From positions 14,508,001 to 14,572,000 of the forward strand of contig CATNEN010000038.1 in assembly GCA_950097015.1 (NCBI GenBank): a DNA stretch of 64,000 nucleotides, written 5' to 3'. Below the pieces are notes generated by a model. It was not told the DNA's origin, ran no database searches, and saw only the letters and a list, made by a program, of their open reading frames with translations. Position numbers and translations under genes: made by a program. Below, piece by piece: positions 38,561-51,473 of the stretch; position 1 is the first letter of the stretch, and the number at the start of each line of letters is the position of its first letter. The stretch comes from Macrostomum hystrix (Eukaryota > Animalia > Platyhelminthes).

Positions 38561-40092
38561 GGGGTCAACAGGAGGGGGCGTATTAGCTTATTGAGAGGAC
38601 AAGTGTAATTTGTATTAGGGAGTTTATGAACCCTGAAATTCTGCTTGTGCTCCCCGGAGGGACGCTAAAGTTGCTTGTTTTACTAAACCAGGAATTAAAA
38701 CTCAGACCAAGTTACCTATTGCAAGTCGAAATAAATAAATATATGTTTTTCTTTTGAATTTACGAAACGTACTACTACGTTAAAGGTCATTAAATATTAA
38801 ATGTCAAGGGTTGCGAACTGGGTCCATTTTGTTTTTTTGCTCGCAATACATGCACTGATGCACATGTAGTATAGAAGAAAATTTCAGTATTACTAAACTT
38901 TTTTCGTGTCGATCGAGGTCGCATCCTTAAATCGGCAGTATGACATGACATGACATGACAAAACAAAAATTGTTTTATTTATATATGCGTTTATATAAAA
39001 ATATTTTTTCGTAATTGTCTTATTAAAAAACTACTAATTACTATTAAACTAATTTATTACACGTTTGATACTGACACAGCAACCTGTAGATAAAAATCTG
39101 TAACTTGTAACAATCTAGTGTATTTATGTGCTGGCAATAAGCGCATCCAGCTTGTCTTATCGTGTTTAATAATGAGCTGATCATTTTCGTACTCTTTATC
39201 GAAATTTGTTAATTTTAGACAGCACTGTATAGCTCCTAAAACAATCAATGGGTGATTTGCATCTGTGGCTAAACCTACCTGCGTTGCGCGGAGGATAAAT
39301 AGCTGTAACAGTTGCGATCCGCAGCTGAGTTTCAATGCCATCAACCTGCTGGCCCATCACTAAATCAGAGCTATGTATCGGTTTCGGTTCATCATCCTTT
39401 CACTCGCTGCGGCTGTAATCGAGTGGTTCAGCGTGACGTCAGCGACCCAGGTCACCCTGATTGGCTAAAAAGCTCACGTAAAGTGGTTTTCTGTGAGCTA
39501 AAAATAGCATGGAATTTCCGCCAAGTAATTTCTCTAGCCCGCTCACTGCGAACTAAAACTCTGCTTACCAGCGGTTTATCTGTAAAAAGCTATAACAGTA
39601 AAAAGTATAAAGCAATCCTCTAATCGAGGGACTTAGCACAACATAATTGTGTTTGGATATATCCTCTGGTGTTTTGGCATGATCAGGATCATCATCCATC
39701 TCGGTCATCAAATGTTTACAGCACAGCCCGTATTATAGGTTTACCATTAAAAGGCGATTATCTAACTATTTCTTAAGCGACTATGAATTCAGCTTTTCAC
39801 ATGAAATTTCTTGATAAATTGATTTAAATCATCTTGCGATTTGTTGATTGCTCGAGTTCATTTTTTTAGTTTTTTTATTACGCTGGGTGTGTCAATTACC
39901 GAAAAGTTGGTATCTATTGGCATGATACATTTGCTCCTTCTACACACGCGCCATATATAAGATTAACTTGATTAACTGGAATTTGCCGAAGAGGTTTATA
40001 ACAGAGCACTGTTAGTTATCCTTGTTCACAGGGTCTTCGACAAGAATAGATTTTTATTTATATAGTGGACTGTCACGAAAATCGGTCATTCG

Positions 40093-40147
40093 TTTGATTG
40101 ATTGATTGATTGATTGATTGACTGATTGATTGATTTATTGATTGATT
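40093..40147. repeat. (GATT)n microsatellite
   Basis: About 13 units. The homologous site near 51783 has only about 2. Confidence 0.9.
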
Positions 40148-40418
40148 TCGTGAAGTAGACAGTGACTACTTGAAAAATATCTACGGGGTCTTTCCCGGGG
40201 GAAAATAGTGTGGTCTTCATTAAATTTTGTTTTGCATAACAATGCTCAAAGAAATTTCAACGAAACCAAGGACAATGTCATTAAATTCCCAGATTGTCAG
40301 TAATCACAGGCTGAGCTTATTTTGATAGCACCTGTGGCTGTGTGCAATCTGTTCTACTGACATTTGTGATTTCCAAATCAGTGCTCAGATAGTCCTGTGA
40401 GTACATGCAAATGGTCAG

Positions 40419-41337
40419 TATAGCGCTTCAAGTTTTATGTTTTTCTAATCTGGTGTTTTCTTATAATTTGTCTAGCGGTTTGTTGCAGTCTAAAGATCTT
40501 GAAGGCTATAACTCCTAACGACTATCGATACTCAGTATACCGGCTGGCGGTTGTGATCTCTCTGGATCGTTGTCTCAGATTCTGCTTAAGAAAGAACGCA
40601 AACACAATTTTCTAGTAAGTTTATCTAAACGGAGCTCAAGTGAGTCTCTAACTAACTCGCGCGGGGAATCTTTTTCCGCGCTCCGCTCCGATATATATAA
40701 TGTCTTTAAAAACCCCTCGATCCGAGGGGAGGCAATACCGTAGCAACATTTGGCGAGAGGATTTATGCGGGTTGAGGTCGCAGCCTCTAGTCTATTACAG
40801 TCATTATCATTAGACTAGTTGGTTGGCAGGCACGCCAACCCCTTTTCTATGGGGGGTGGGGAAAAGTCCTGAAAATAACTTAGTTCAGTTAGTATTCGTT
40901 CCCCTTTCTACTGAGATCTCTTTCCTACTGTTCATTATCCCCTTTCCTTTCATCGATCCAGTCTTCTTGTGCGGTCCCGGCCTCTCGTTCCCGATCGGGT
41001 CCGGGCGGCTCCAGTTTCGGCTGGGTTGGGTCGATGCAGGCAGCTGCAGGTCGGGACAGGCCGAGTTGATTCTGGCAGCTCCACGTCAGCGCCGCTGCGG
41101 GTCCGGTCTCGGGCCGTTCCACGTCAGCACAGCTGCGGGTCCGGTCTCAGGTGGTTCCACGTCAGCAAAGCTGCTGCCATGCCGAACCGGGTTTGTGCTG
41201 AAATGATTAAGTGATCTCGGGGCGGATTTTGTCTAATCATTCTCCTTTCAGTTGCTCGCCCTCTCTGCTGTTGCTATTTTTAGTTTAGTTTCCTACTAGC
41301 GCTTACTTGAATTCCCTTCAGATTTCTAAGTCTTATA
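40419..41337. mobile_element. 919-bp insertion with 5-bp target-site duplication (solo-LTR-like or non-autonomous element)
   Basis: GTCAG at 40414-40418 and at 41338-41342. The empty site ATGGTCAGGTAACAG is present in the paralogous region at ~51989-52003. Termini TATAG…CTTATA. Confidence 0.8.
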
Positions 41338-41591
41338 GTCAGGTACCAGTATCCTTGAGATTGAACCAGTCATGCAACAACTTTCTTTTCTAGGTTGATA
41401 AGAGCATGGCAACAGGCGGCAGGTGTCTTTGCTTATCTGAGGCTCTGAGTCTTGTGCATTCGATTATAAAAGTATTTCTGTTTTGAAATGTTGCTAAATA
41501 TACAAGCTCACCAGCAAGGTCTAACCTTCTAATCTGGGACCTGAAGTTTACAGGTGCTATACTCAACTGCAGCTAAATTATCCACTGCACA

Positions 41592-44500
41592 ATGAGCGGC
41601 AGGTCGACAGCTCATCGAGTTGAGTGTTTCTTTCACTGCTGGCCTCTTCTTCTGGTCGCTGCTGCTGTTGCTCTGTGTGACGTGGCGGCTGCGCAGGCCA
41701 GCAGGTGCGGCAGTGCTGACCCTGACCGGGTGGACAGGATTCCAGATGCTGTTATTCAGCAAGTGGGCAATGTCTTTCTAGTCATAAACTGGTTGCCTCC
41801 AGATCATGAACCAGACAGACATTACTATTATATTCTGAGGTGCGACACCTGTCCCAATCAGCAGGCGAATGTGACAGGTGTAGAAGATCACACATTCGAA
41901 GGTCTTCAAGCGGCAACTGAGTACAGCTTCTCGATTCAGGCCGGGTATCAGAACTGCACACTGAGTCTTCCATTTGATTTGGTTGGCAGAACCGGTGAGA
42001 GTGGCTTAGAATAGATCCATTTGATTTGGTTGGCAGAACCGGTGAGAGTGGCTTGGATTAGATCCATTTGATTTGGTTGGCAGAACCGGTGAGAGTGGCT
42101 TAGATTAGATCCATTTGATTTGGTTGGCAGAACCGGTGAGAGTGGCTTAGATTAGATCCATTTGATTTGGTTGGCAGAACCGGTGAGAGTGGCTTAGATT
42201 AGATCCATTTGATTTGGTTGGCAGAACCGGTGAGAGTGGCTTAGATTAGATCCATTTGATTTGGTTGGCAGAACCGGTGAGAGTGGCTTAGATTAGATCC
42301 ATTTGATTTGGTTGGCAGAACCGGTGAGAGTGGCTTAGAATAGATATATTTGATTTGGTTGGCAGAACCGGTGAGAGTGGCTTAGAATAGATACATTTGA
42401 TTTGGTTGGCAGAACCGGTGAGAGTGGCTTAGATTAGATCCATTTGATTTGGTTGGCAGAACCGGTGAGAGTGGCTTAGATTAGATCCATTTGATTTGGT
42501 TGGCAGAACCGGTGAGAGTGGCTTAGATTAGATCCATTTGATTTGGTTGGCAGAACCGGTGAGAGTGGCTTAGATTAGATCCATTTGATTTGGTTGGCAG
42601 AACCGGTGAGAGTGGCTTAGATTAGATACATTTGATTTGGTTGGCAGAACCGGTGAGAGTGGCTTAGATTAGATCCATTTGATTTGGTTGGCAGAACCGG
42701 TGAGAGTGGCTTAGATTAGATACATTTGATTTGGTTGGCAGGACCGGTGAGAGTGGCTTAGATTAGATACATTTGATTTGGTTGGCAGGACCGGTGAGAG
42801 TGGCTTAGATTAGAACAATATAAATAAATTATAAGTATTATTAAACATTACTTATTTCCGTAATTAAAAAATTGTTTACCAAAATATTTTTGTACTAAAG
42901 TTATCATATCCTCGCATTTTATCACACAAGCTGTTTTATATTTAATGCCAAAATGACCGGTCTGCAGCTGGCCTGCACTCTGCAATCACAATAAAATACC
43001 CACTGTACTCAAAATCATTTTTATAATAAAAAAGAATCCTCATTTTTGTTTCCAAGGACAAAAATAACACGACAAAAGCACTTGTTCTTGCTCAAGAAGA
43101 TGTTCTTGTCTTCTTGAGCAATACACTCGATTCCCCGTTGTTTAAGTTGACCCAGCTGTTAAATGGGTTGCAGCAATAGCTGGTTTAGGACATTGGGAGT
43201 GTGACATCCTCCCCCAGTCCATGGACTGAGCAGCTGTACGCAGCCTTTAGAAGCACATACAATAGCTGCGACTGTGCCACTGTCGGTACATCTGGTCCAG
43301 GCAGGTTGTGTGTTAGGTCTCATTGCAGGCATCTAGAAATCAACAGACACATGCAGAGCAGGTATGGATGTGAATGCACCTATTGACTTAGACTCAGTAA
43401 CTCTGCCTGAGAACCAAGTCTTCCCTATTAGCTATAAATAGATAGGAATCTTTCAGAGTCGCTACAACTGCAGTTTTCATTTTACTGTGTCTCGACCTTT
43501 CATTTTTGTGCCTTATAATATGTACTAATATAGCATATTAATTATTTTCACTTGCGAAAATTGGGCAGCCTATGGCACAGTCGAATTTACTGCGCAGCGC
43601 GTCTGAATGCTGCCTACGGCTTTTAAGTCCATGGACTGGGGGAACGCCACACCCACCCTCAATTACTCCAGCTAATGCTGGTTTCCGTTTTATAATTGGT
43701 AAATTGGTGCAATGCAGAGTGAAGTGTCTTGCTAATGGGCACAAAGTGTTCCAGTAAAGTCGTGAATCGAACTCCAGACCTTCAAGTCATGAGTCCCACG
43801 CTCTGACCACTAGGCAAGGACCCATCTTTGCATTGAACTGTAGCCATCAGCCAGTCCTAGCGTAAGAAAAGTCGCTGAAAATCAGTCCAATCTTCATCGG
43901 AACAATTGCAAACTTTCCCGTTCCATTTGCAGTTCTGAGCAATCTTCCAGGGACTGTGCTCATCTCGGATGTAACTCAGACGAGTCTCAGAGCCCAGTGG
44001 GCGGCCTCTCCAGATGTCGGGGTGCAGTACAGAGTGAGCTGTGGTGGCACTGTGAGCAACAACAGCACCGTGTGCTATGGACTGCAGTCCGGATCCAGGA
44101 TTGAAGTTAGAGTAGGAGCAGTGAAGACCGGATTTCCTGAGTCAGCTGGCATCTTTGGCACTGCTCTCACCAGTGAGTTGCTCTCTGGTTGTGCAACACT
44201 CATTGCATGCCAGATGACATCATGAATGCCAATTGATGCTTTAGCTGATAATTCCCCACTGCAATGTTCCAGAGCTCTACCCAATAGCTGCCAGCCCTGC
44301 CACATACTCTGTGACTGAGAACGCAATCTCGGTCAACTGGACTGCATCTGTCACTGAGGGTGTCAGGTACCAGCTGAGCTGCAGCCAATCCGGGTCCAGT
44401 GACGTCATCAAAGTTAATGCACCAGGTGCTTCAGCCACCTGCGGCTCTCTGCAGTCAGGCCAGGCCTATGAGCTGAGTGTGACAGTGCTGAAGGATGGTG

Positions 44501-45637
44501 GCTTCGAGTCCGTCAGCACCAACCTCATGAGACAGCTCACTAGTGAGTTTTGATAAACTATTTTAGACGACTATTTTATGTTTCAATTAGCTCATTTTAA
44601 TTGGTTTTCTCATCTCTCTGTCCCATCTCTCAACCATCCTATCTGCCCCTGTTTCTTCTCTTCCCTGTCTCTAACCCTAACCCTGTCCCATATTTACCCT
44701 TCTCACCTTTCTATTGCCCTATGTCTCCACTGTCTCATTTCTCTACTTTCTCATCTGACAGAAAGCCAAGGAAGTCGAAATGTATGCTGTGTTAATGCAT
44801 AATGCAAGCTCCAACCACAGAAGCTCCAGCAACAGAAGCTCCAGCAACGGAATCTAGCACTTCTGGCACAGCAACCACAACGAACGGAAGACGAGGCATT
44901 TGTCCGTCAGAGCAGTGGCTGCAGTTCAGCGGGTTCTGCTACCTGCTGGTCAAGGGAACCAACGGAAGGACCCTCTCTGACGCTCTGCGAGACTGCCAGA
45001 GTCGAGACAGGTCAGCTCACCTGCTGTGGGTCACCAGTCAGGCTGAGATGGACTGGGTCACGGACTACTCAGCGAGGAACTGGAGACTCAAAGAGGACTA
45101 CAGAGCTCAGTGCACGGACTGCAGGTTTCAGGGAGACGCAGCCTGGACTGGACTCTTCAGAGACGTGTCGGATGGAGGCAAGCTGAAGTGGCTAAAGGAC
45201 AACTCCAGTGTTACCATTAGTGTGTGAGTAGTCCAAGAAACAGGTTTGTGTTGTCCCCGATGTGCTCTGAAACGCAAACGCATGAGAAGCCCCGAACCCA
45301 CCGCCGCAGACCGTGGCTCATCGGTCCCAGCCTGCCGCCAAACAACTTCGGCTTCCTGTTTGACGCACCGCGAGAGCTGCTGTGGCGGACCTACCAGCCC
45401 GAGGCGCGCCACTTCCACCTGTGCAAGGCCGCGGGCCGCAGCCAGGGGCCGCTGCGGGAGTCCCTCGCTGCGAGTGAAAGAGGAACAGGCCAGAAGCAGC
45501 GGCAGCAGCAGCAGCAGCAGCAGTTCAGCCTCCTGCCGTGGCTGCTCCTCCTGCTTGCACTGCTGACCGGCCTGGCGTGTTTGACCGTCTGGGGCATCTG
45601 GCGATCTCGGCGTCGACTCGCGTCTCAGCCCGCCTAG
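41592..45637 (+). CDS. Chimeric receptor (copy 2): signal peptide-3xFN3-T/A/P/E linker-C-type lectin-like domain-TM-short basic tail
   Basis: Exons 41592-41994, 43933-44172 and 44273-44542 are paralogous to RPTP exons 1-3. They are followed by 44809 or 44821-45223 (phase-1 acceptors; CPSEQWLQFSGFCY…DALRDC…WTGL) and 45310-45637 (phase-2 join; …FHLCK, polyQ, TM LLPWLLLLLALLTGLACLTVWGIW, RSRRRLASQPA*). The exon3-exon4 join is inferred. Confidence 0.65.
41970..42813 (+). repeat. 47-bp splice-donor-spanning repeat, about 18 units (copy 2)
   Basis: Each unit is the last ~25 nt of exon 1 plus the first ~22 nt of intron 1. Confidence 0.97.
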
Positions 45638-46047
45638 AAATGCTCGAGTCAAACAAATGCTTCCATTATAAAAATATAAATTTCTATTTTTATCTCACTT
45701 AAAACGAATGAAAATTTCATACCAGCAAACTATTTTTTGTTTATTAACTTCTTTCAATAGTGTGACAATTAAGATCTAGTGCTTTTTTTTCAAAGCGGTA
45801 AACCTATATTGTTTGCTGTTTTTTCGCAAACATACACTAATCTTTATGCGGAGCCACTATATTCTATTTACCGTGATTTTTATATGATTCTTGGACCACA
45901 AATTGATGTATCCCAAATACTTATTTATCTGCGTCAAAAGTCGACAATTTAGAAAAAGCTCTATTGTTCTATTCGAAAATATCTAACTAACTTGTGCTGA
46001 TTGACATGCTTTACCAATTGCGTTATACCTAATACCACTACTAAAAC

Positions 46048-49000
46048 TAGGGATCTGGTCTAACAGATTAGGGATCTGGTCTAACAGATTAGGGATATAG
46101 TCTAACAGATTAGGGATCTAGTCTAAAAGATTAGGGATCTAGTCTAACAGATTAGGGATCTGGTCTAACAGATTATGGATCTAGTCTAACAGATTAGGGA
46201 TATAGTCTAAAAGATTAGGGATCTAGTCTAACAGATTAGGGATCTGGTCTAACTGATTCGGGATCTAGTCTAACAGATTAGGGATCTAGTCTAACAGATT
46301 AGGGATCTAGTCTAACAGATTAGGGATCTAGTCTAACAGATTAGGGATCTGGTCTAACTGATTCGGGATCTAGTCTAACAGATTAGGGATCTAGTCTAAC
46401 AGATTAGGGATCTAGTCTAACAGATTAGGGATCTAGTCTAACAGATTAGGGATCTAGTCTAACAGATTATGGATCTAGTCTAACAGATTAGGGATCTAGT
46501 CTAACAGATTAGGGATATAGTCTAACAGATTATGGATCTAGTCTAACAGATTAGGGATCTAGTTTAACAGATTAGGGATCTAGTCTAACAGGTTAGGGAT
46601 CTAGTCTAACAGATTAGGGATATAGTCTAACAGATTATGGATCTAGTCTAACAGATTAGGGATCTAGTCTAACAGATTAGGGATCTAGTCTAACAGATTA
46701 GGGATCTAGTCTAACAGATTAGGGATCTAGTCTAACAGATTATGGATCTAGTCTAACAGATTAGGGATATAGTCTAACAGATTAGGGATTATGGATCTAG
46801 TCTAACAGATTATGGATCTAGTCTAACAGATTATGGATCTAGTCTAACAGATTATGGATCTAGTCTAACAGATTAGGGATCTAGTCTAACAGATTAGGGA
46901 TATAGTCTAACAGATTAGGGATCTAGTCTAACAGATTAGGGATCTAGTCTAACAGATTAGGGATCTGGTCTAACAGATTATGGATCTAGTCTAACAGATT
47001 ATGGATCTAGTCTAACAGATTATGGATCTAGTCTAACAGATTAGGGATCTAGTCTAACAGATTAGGGATCTGGTCTAACAGATTAGGGATCTAGTCTAAC
47101 AGATTAGGGATCTAGTCTAACAGATTAGGGATATAGTCTAACAGATTAGGGATATAGTCTAACAGATTAGGGATCTAGTCTAACAGATTAGGGATCTAGT
47201 CTAACAGATTAGGGATCTGCTCTAACAGATTATGGATCTAGTCTAACAGATTAGGGATCTGGTCTAACAGATTAGGGATCTAGTCTAACAGATTAGGGAT
47301 CTGGTCTAACAGATTAGGGATCTGGTCTAACAGATTAGGGATCTGGTCTAACAGATTAGGGATCTAGTCTAACAGATTAGGGATCTAGTCTAACAGATTA
47401 GGGATATAGTCTAACAGATTAGGGATCTGGTCTAACAGATTAGGGATCTAGTCTAACAGATTAGGGATATAGTCTAACAGATTAGGGATCTAGTCTAACA
47501 GATTAGGGATATAGTCTAACAGATTAGGGATCTAGTCTAACAGATTAGGGATCTGCTCTAACAGATTAGGGATATAGTCTAACAGATTAGGGATATAGTC
47601 TAACAGATTAGGGATATAGTCTAACAGATTAGGGATCTAGTCTAACAGATTAGGGATCTGCTCTAACAGATTAGGGATATAGTCTAACAGATTAGGGATC
47701 TAGTCTAACAGATTAGGGATCTGGTCTAACAGATTATGGATCTAGTCTAACAGATTAGGGATCTGGTCTAACAGATTAGGGATCTAGTCTAACAGATTAG
47801 GGATCTGCTCTAACAGATTATGGATCTAGTCTAACAGATTAGGGATCTGGTCTAACAGATTATGGATCTAGTCTAACAGATTAGGGATCTGCTCTAACAG
47901 ATTATGGATCTAGTCTAACAGATTAGGGATCTGCTCTAACAGATTAGGGATCTGGTCTAACAGATTAGGGATATAGTCTAACAGATTAGGGATCTAGTCT
48001 AACAGATTAGGGATCTGGTCTAACAGATTAGGGATCTAGTCTAACAGATTAGGGATCTAGTCTAACAGATTAGGGATCTAGTCTAACAGATTATGGATCT
48101 AGTCTAACAGATTAGGGATCTGGTCTAACAGATTAGGGATATAGTCTAACAGATTAGGGATCTAGTCTAACAGATTGGGGATCTGGTCTAACAGATTAGG
48201 GATCTAGTCTAACAGATTAGGGATCTAGTCTAACAGATTAGGGATCTAGTCTAACAGATTATGGATCTAGTCTAACAGATTAGGGATCTGGTCTAACAGA
48301 TTAGGGATCTAGTCTAACAGATTAGGGATCTAGTCTAACATATTAGGGATCTAGTCTAACAGATTAGGGATCTAGTCTAACAGATTATGGATCTAGTCTA
48401 ACAGATTAGGGATCTGGTCTAACAGATTAGGGATCTGGTCTAACAGATTAGGGATATAGTCTAACAGATTAGGGATATAGTCTAACAGATTAGGGATCTA
48501 GTCTAACAGATTAGGGATCTAGTCTAACAGATTAGGGATCTAGTCTAACAGATTATGGATCTAGTCTAACAGATTAGGGATCTGGTCTAACAGATTAGGG
48601 ATCTAGTCTAACAGATTAGGGATCTAGTCTAACATATTAGGGATCTAGTCTAACAGATTAGGGATATAGTCTAACAGATTAGGGATCTGCTCTAACAGAT
48701 TAGGGATCTGGTCTAACAGATTAGGGATCTAGTCTAACAGATTAGGGATCTGCTCTAACAGATTATGGATCTAGTCTAACAGATTAGGGATCTGCTCTAA
48801 CAGATTAGGGATCTAGTCTAACAGATTAGGGATCTAGTCTAACAGATTAGGGATCTAGTCTAACAGATTAGGGATCTAGTCTAACAGATTAGGGATCTAG
48901 TCTAACAGATTAGGGATCTGGTCTAACAGATTATGGATCTAGTCTAACAGATTAGGGATCTGGTCTAACAGATTAGGGATCTAGTCTAACAGATTAGGGA

Positions 49001-49097
49001 TCTAGTCTAACAGATTAGGGATCTAGTCTAACTGATTAGGGATCTAGTCTAACAGATTAGGGATCTAGTCTAACAGATTAGGGATCTGGTGTAACAT
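46048..49097. repeat. 21-bp satellite, about 145 units
   Basis: Unit TTAGGGATCTAGTCTAACAGA. Confidence 0.98.
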
Positions 49098-50524
49098 ATA
49101 ATTAGTTTTTTTACTGAAGTATAAGAAAATGAGTTTTAGTATGCATTTAAAAAGTAGTTAGTACATAAGCGGGTAACATGCCTTTAGTAACACACATAAA
49201 ACATCTATCGGTAATTATGAAACATTTCGTAGGTTACGTCATGTATGCGATCGCCCTTTTTCGCAATCCACTTAAGAAGGCGCAACCGGCTTCCAGGGGA
49301 TAGCAATGGGCGAACCGAGCCGCATCCCTCCCCCCTACTCCACCTCTGATGACATTGGTAGCTTTGGGTGTGACTGAGTGGCCAAGATCCCAGGGACCAA
49401 GGGGGAAAAGACCAGGGTTGTGAGAGGGTAGGACCTTCTAGGCAGAGCTTGCCACCAGCCACCTGCAGGACAGCACAAGTGACTGACCCTATACCAAAAT
49501 GGGGCTTCCGCTCTATAAGAGAAAGTACTTTTGGCCCACCCCAAGGCCCATAGCCGGAAATAGGGACACTATGCGAGTTGTTCACAGGTAGTAGACGGTT
49601 CAGCAAGAGAGAGGACTTCTGCATAGGGGATTCTTAGGGATGCAGCTAAAGATAGAGGGCCCGACAACAGCCTACTCTCTTACTAAACATTTACATCTAA
49701 TCACCAGGCCCCAAAGATGCAAGTACAGGTTAAGGATCGGCTTCATGTGGTCTCGTGTGCAAGACTATCTAAAGCCTACGAATACTTAGACTTACATAAG
49801 TATCACGTCAAAGGCTCACATTAGAACATGCTGTATTAATATTAAAGTACATTGGCGCTTGGATCTTCAATCGATCAAGCCATCTATCTGTTATCGATGG
49901 ACTTCTGCTCTGTGTGTTAGAGTTAGCTCATTCGGACCGGATCTCATTCATAGGTTCTGCAGCAGCACACACAAGTCTACTCGTGTATTCCTTACCATAT
50001 TCTTTATGGCTTTACCATATTCAGATGAACAATTAAAGAAGTCAAGGTTTTAAATTAAATTATAAAGTTTTGCTCCTAGATTAAAAAGGTAAATTATGAT
50101 TTCAGATTCGGTTTCAGGAAGTTCGCGGTTTCCCGTGCACACTCATCTCCTCTCGCCACCCCCTCCTCTTTCTTTCTCTCGTTCCAGCTCTGTCTGCGCA
50201 CTGACTCACATTGTACGCCATGGTGCAATCGCTTCGGTTCGGAAGAATACTGGCAGAATATCGCTTAAATGCTCCTACTATAAGTAGAGCGCAGACCGAC
50301 GAATACACGGGATGGTGTTTGCATCGTGGTAGTTCACTTCGTGTACCTTAGTCGTTCACCTAGGCTAGGTTATCATCATGCTTTTGCGTCTCGTAGTTTA
50401 GTATTGATTCCTAGCTATAACTCGATTTAATCCTAGTGACGAAGACACGCTATTTTTGGGCTGAGTTCAAGATTACTTGAGACTTGGAAAATTCCCAGTC
50501 TTTGAAACTCCCCACCCTTACGGG

Positions 50525-51473
50525 TGCTCCACTTAGAGGGGGACACTCTAGCGCCATTCCTGTTCGTCCTGGTGCTTGACTGGGTGCTACGAACTGCTCT
50601 TCCTACCGACGAAGACGGCTTCCTACTGCGGTGACGCGTGGGTCGACGTCAACCGGAGAAACGGCTCAGCATGCTTGGCTACGCCGATGACCTCGCCCTG
50701 CTGTCCTCTACCGTAGAGGGCGCCCAGCGCCACCTGGACAAGCTGGTTAGCACTGCAGCGAGTGTCGGCCTGTTGGTCAACACGAAGAAGACCGTTGTGC
50801 TCTGCGTGCCGGGCGACATCGAGGCCGCAATTTTCTGCCGAGGCGCTGCCGGGCAGGTAACGGAGCTTCCACGCTGTCAGCAGTTCGTCTACCTCGGCGG
50901 TCTGGTACCTGACGTCCGCGAAGATCTGCGGCGTCGCCGCCGGTACGCTTGGCCTGCCTTTCGTTCTGTGAGGGCGGTCCTGCAGTCCGAGGCCCTACCT
51001 GATCGCCAGAAGGCGGCGTTGTTCCAGGCGGTGGTCGAAACCGTCCTGTTTTACAACGCCGAGACCTGGACGCTGACGGATTCGCTCGAGCAGCAAGTCA
51101 ATGCGGCGCACGCTGGCCTGCTACGCGCCGCCTTTAAGATCAGCGACGAGCGGATCACTAACGCGGCACTCTATCGCCGCGCCGGCCTGGCGCGTCCAAG
51201 TGAACGGCTGCGACTTCGGCGACTCCAGCTTGCAGGCCATATCATTCGCGCCGAGTCCTACTGCCCGCAGCCGGTGCAGGAGGTGTTGCTGCTAACGCTG
51301 CAGGCGCCCTACCGGCGCGGCCAGGCCCGAACTCGGCGTTTCGTCGACTGCCTGCTGGCCGATGTTGGCGCCCCGGACACTGCCGGCGGTGCGGCCTTTG
51401 TTCGCACCCAGGCTCTGAAGCGCGCATTGTGACGCTGCTTTTTTCCACCTGACAGCGTATTTTGTTGTTGTTG
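50525..51473 (+). mobile_element. 5'-truncated RTE-like non-LTR retrotransposon (RT C-terminal part)
   Basis: GDTLAPFLFVLVLDWV, LGYADDLALL, GLLVNTKKT, FVYLG, YNAETWTL and LQLAGHI motifs. (TTG)n tail and candidate TSD TACGGG at 50519-50524 / 51474-51479. A stop codon lies upstream of YADD. Confidence 0.92.

Noticed and set aside
49100-49870. Possible LTR (TGTAAC… start, CA-TTGGCGC end)
   Set aside because: The TGTAAC is a degenerate last satellite unit, and no second LTR or TSD was found.
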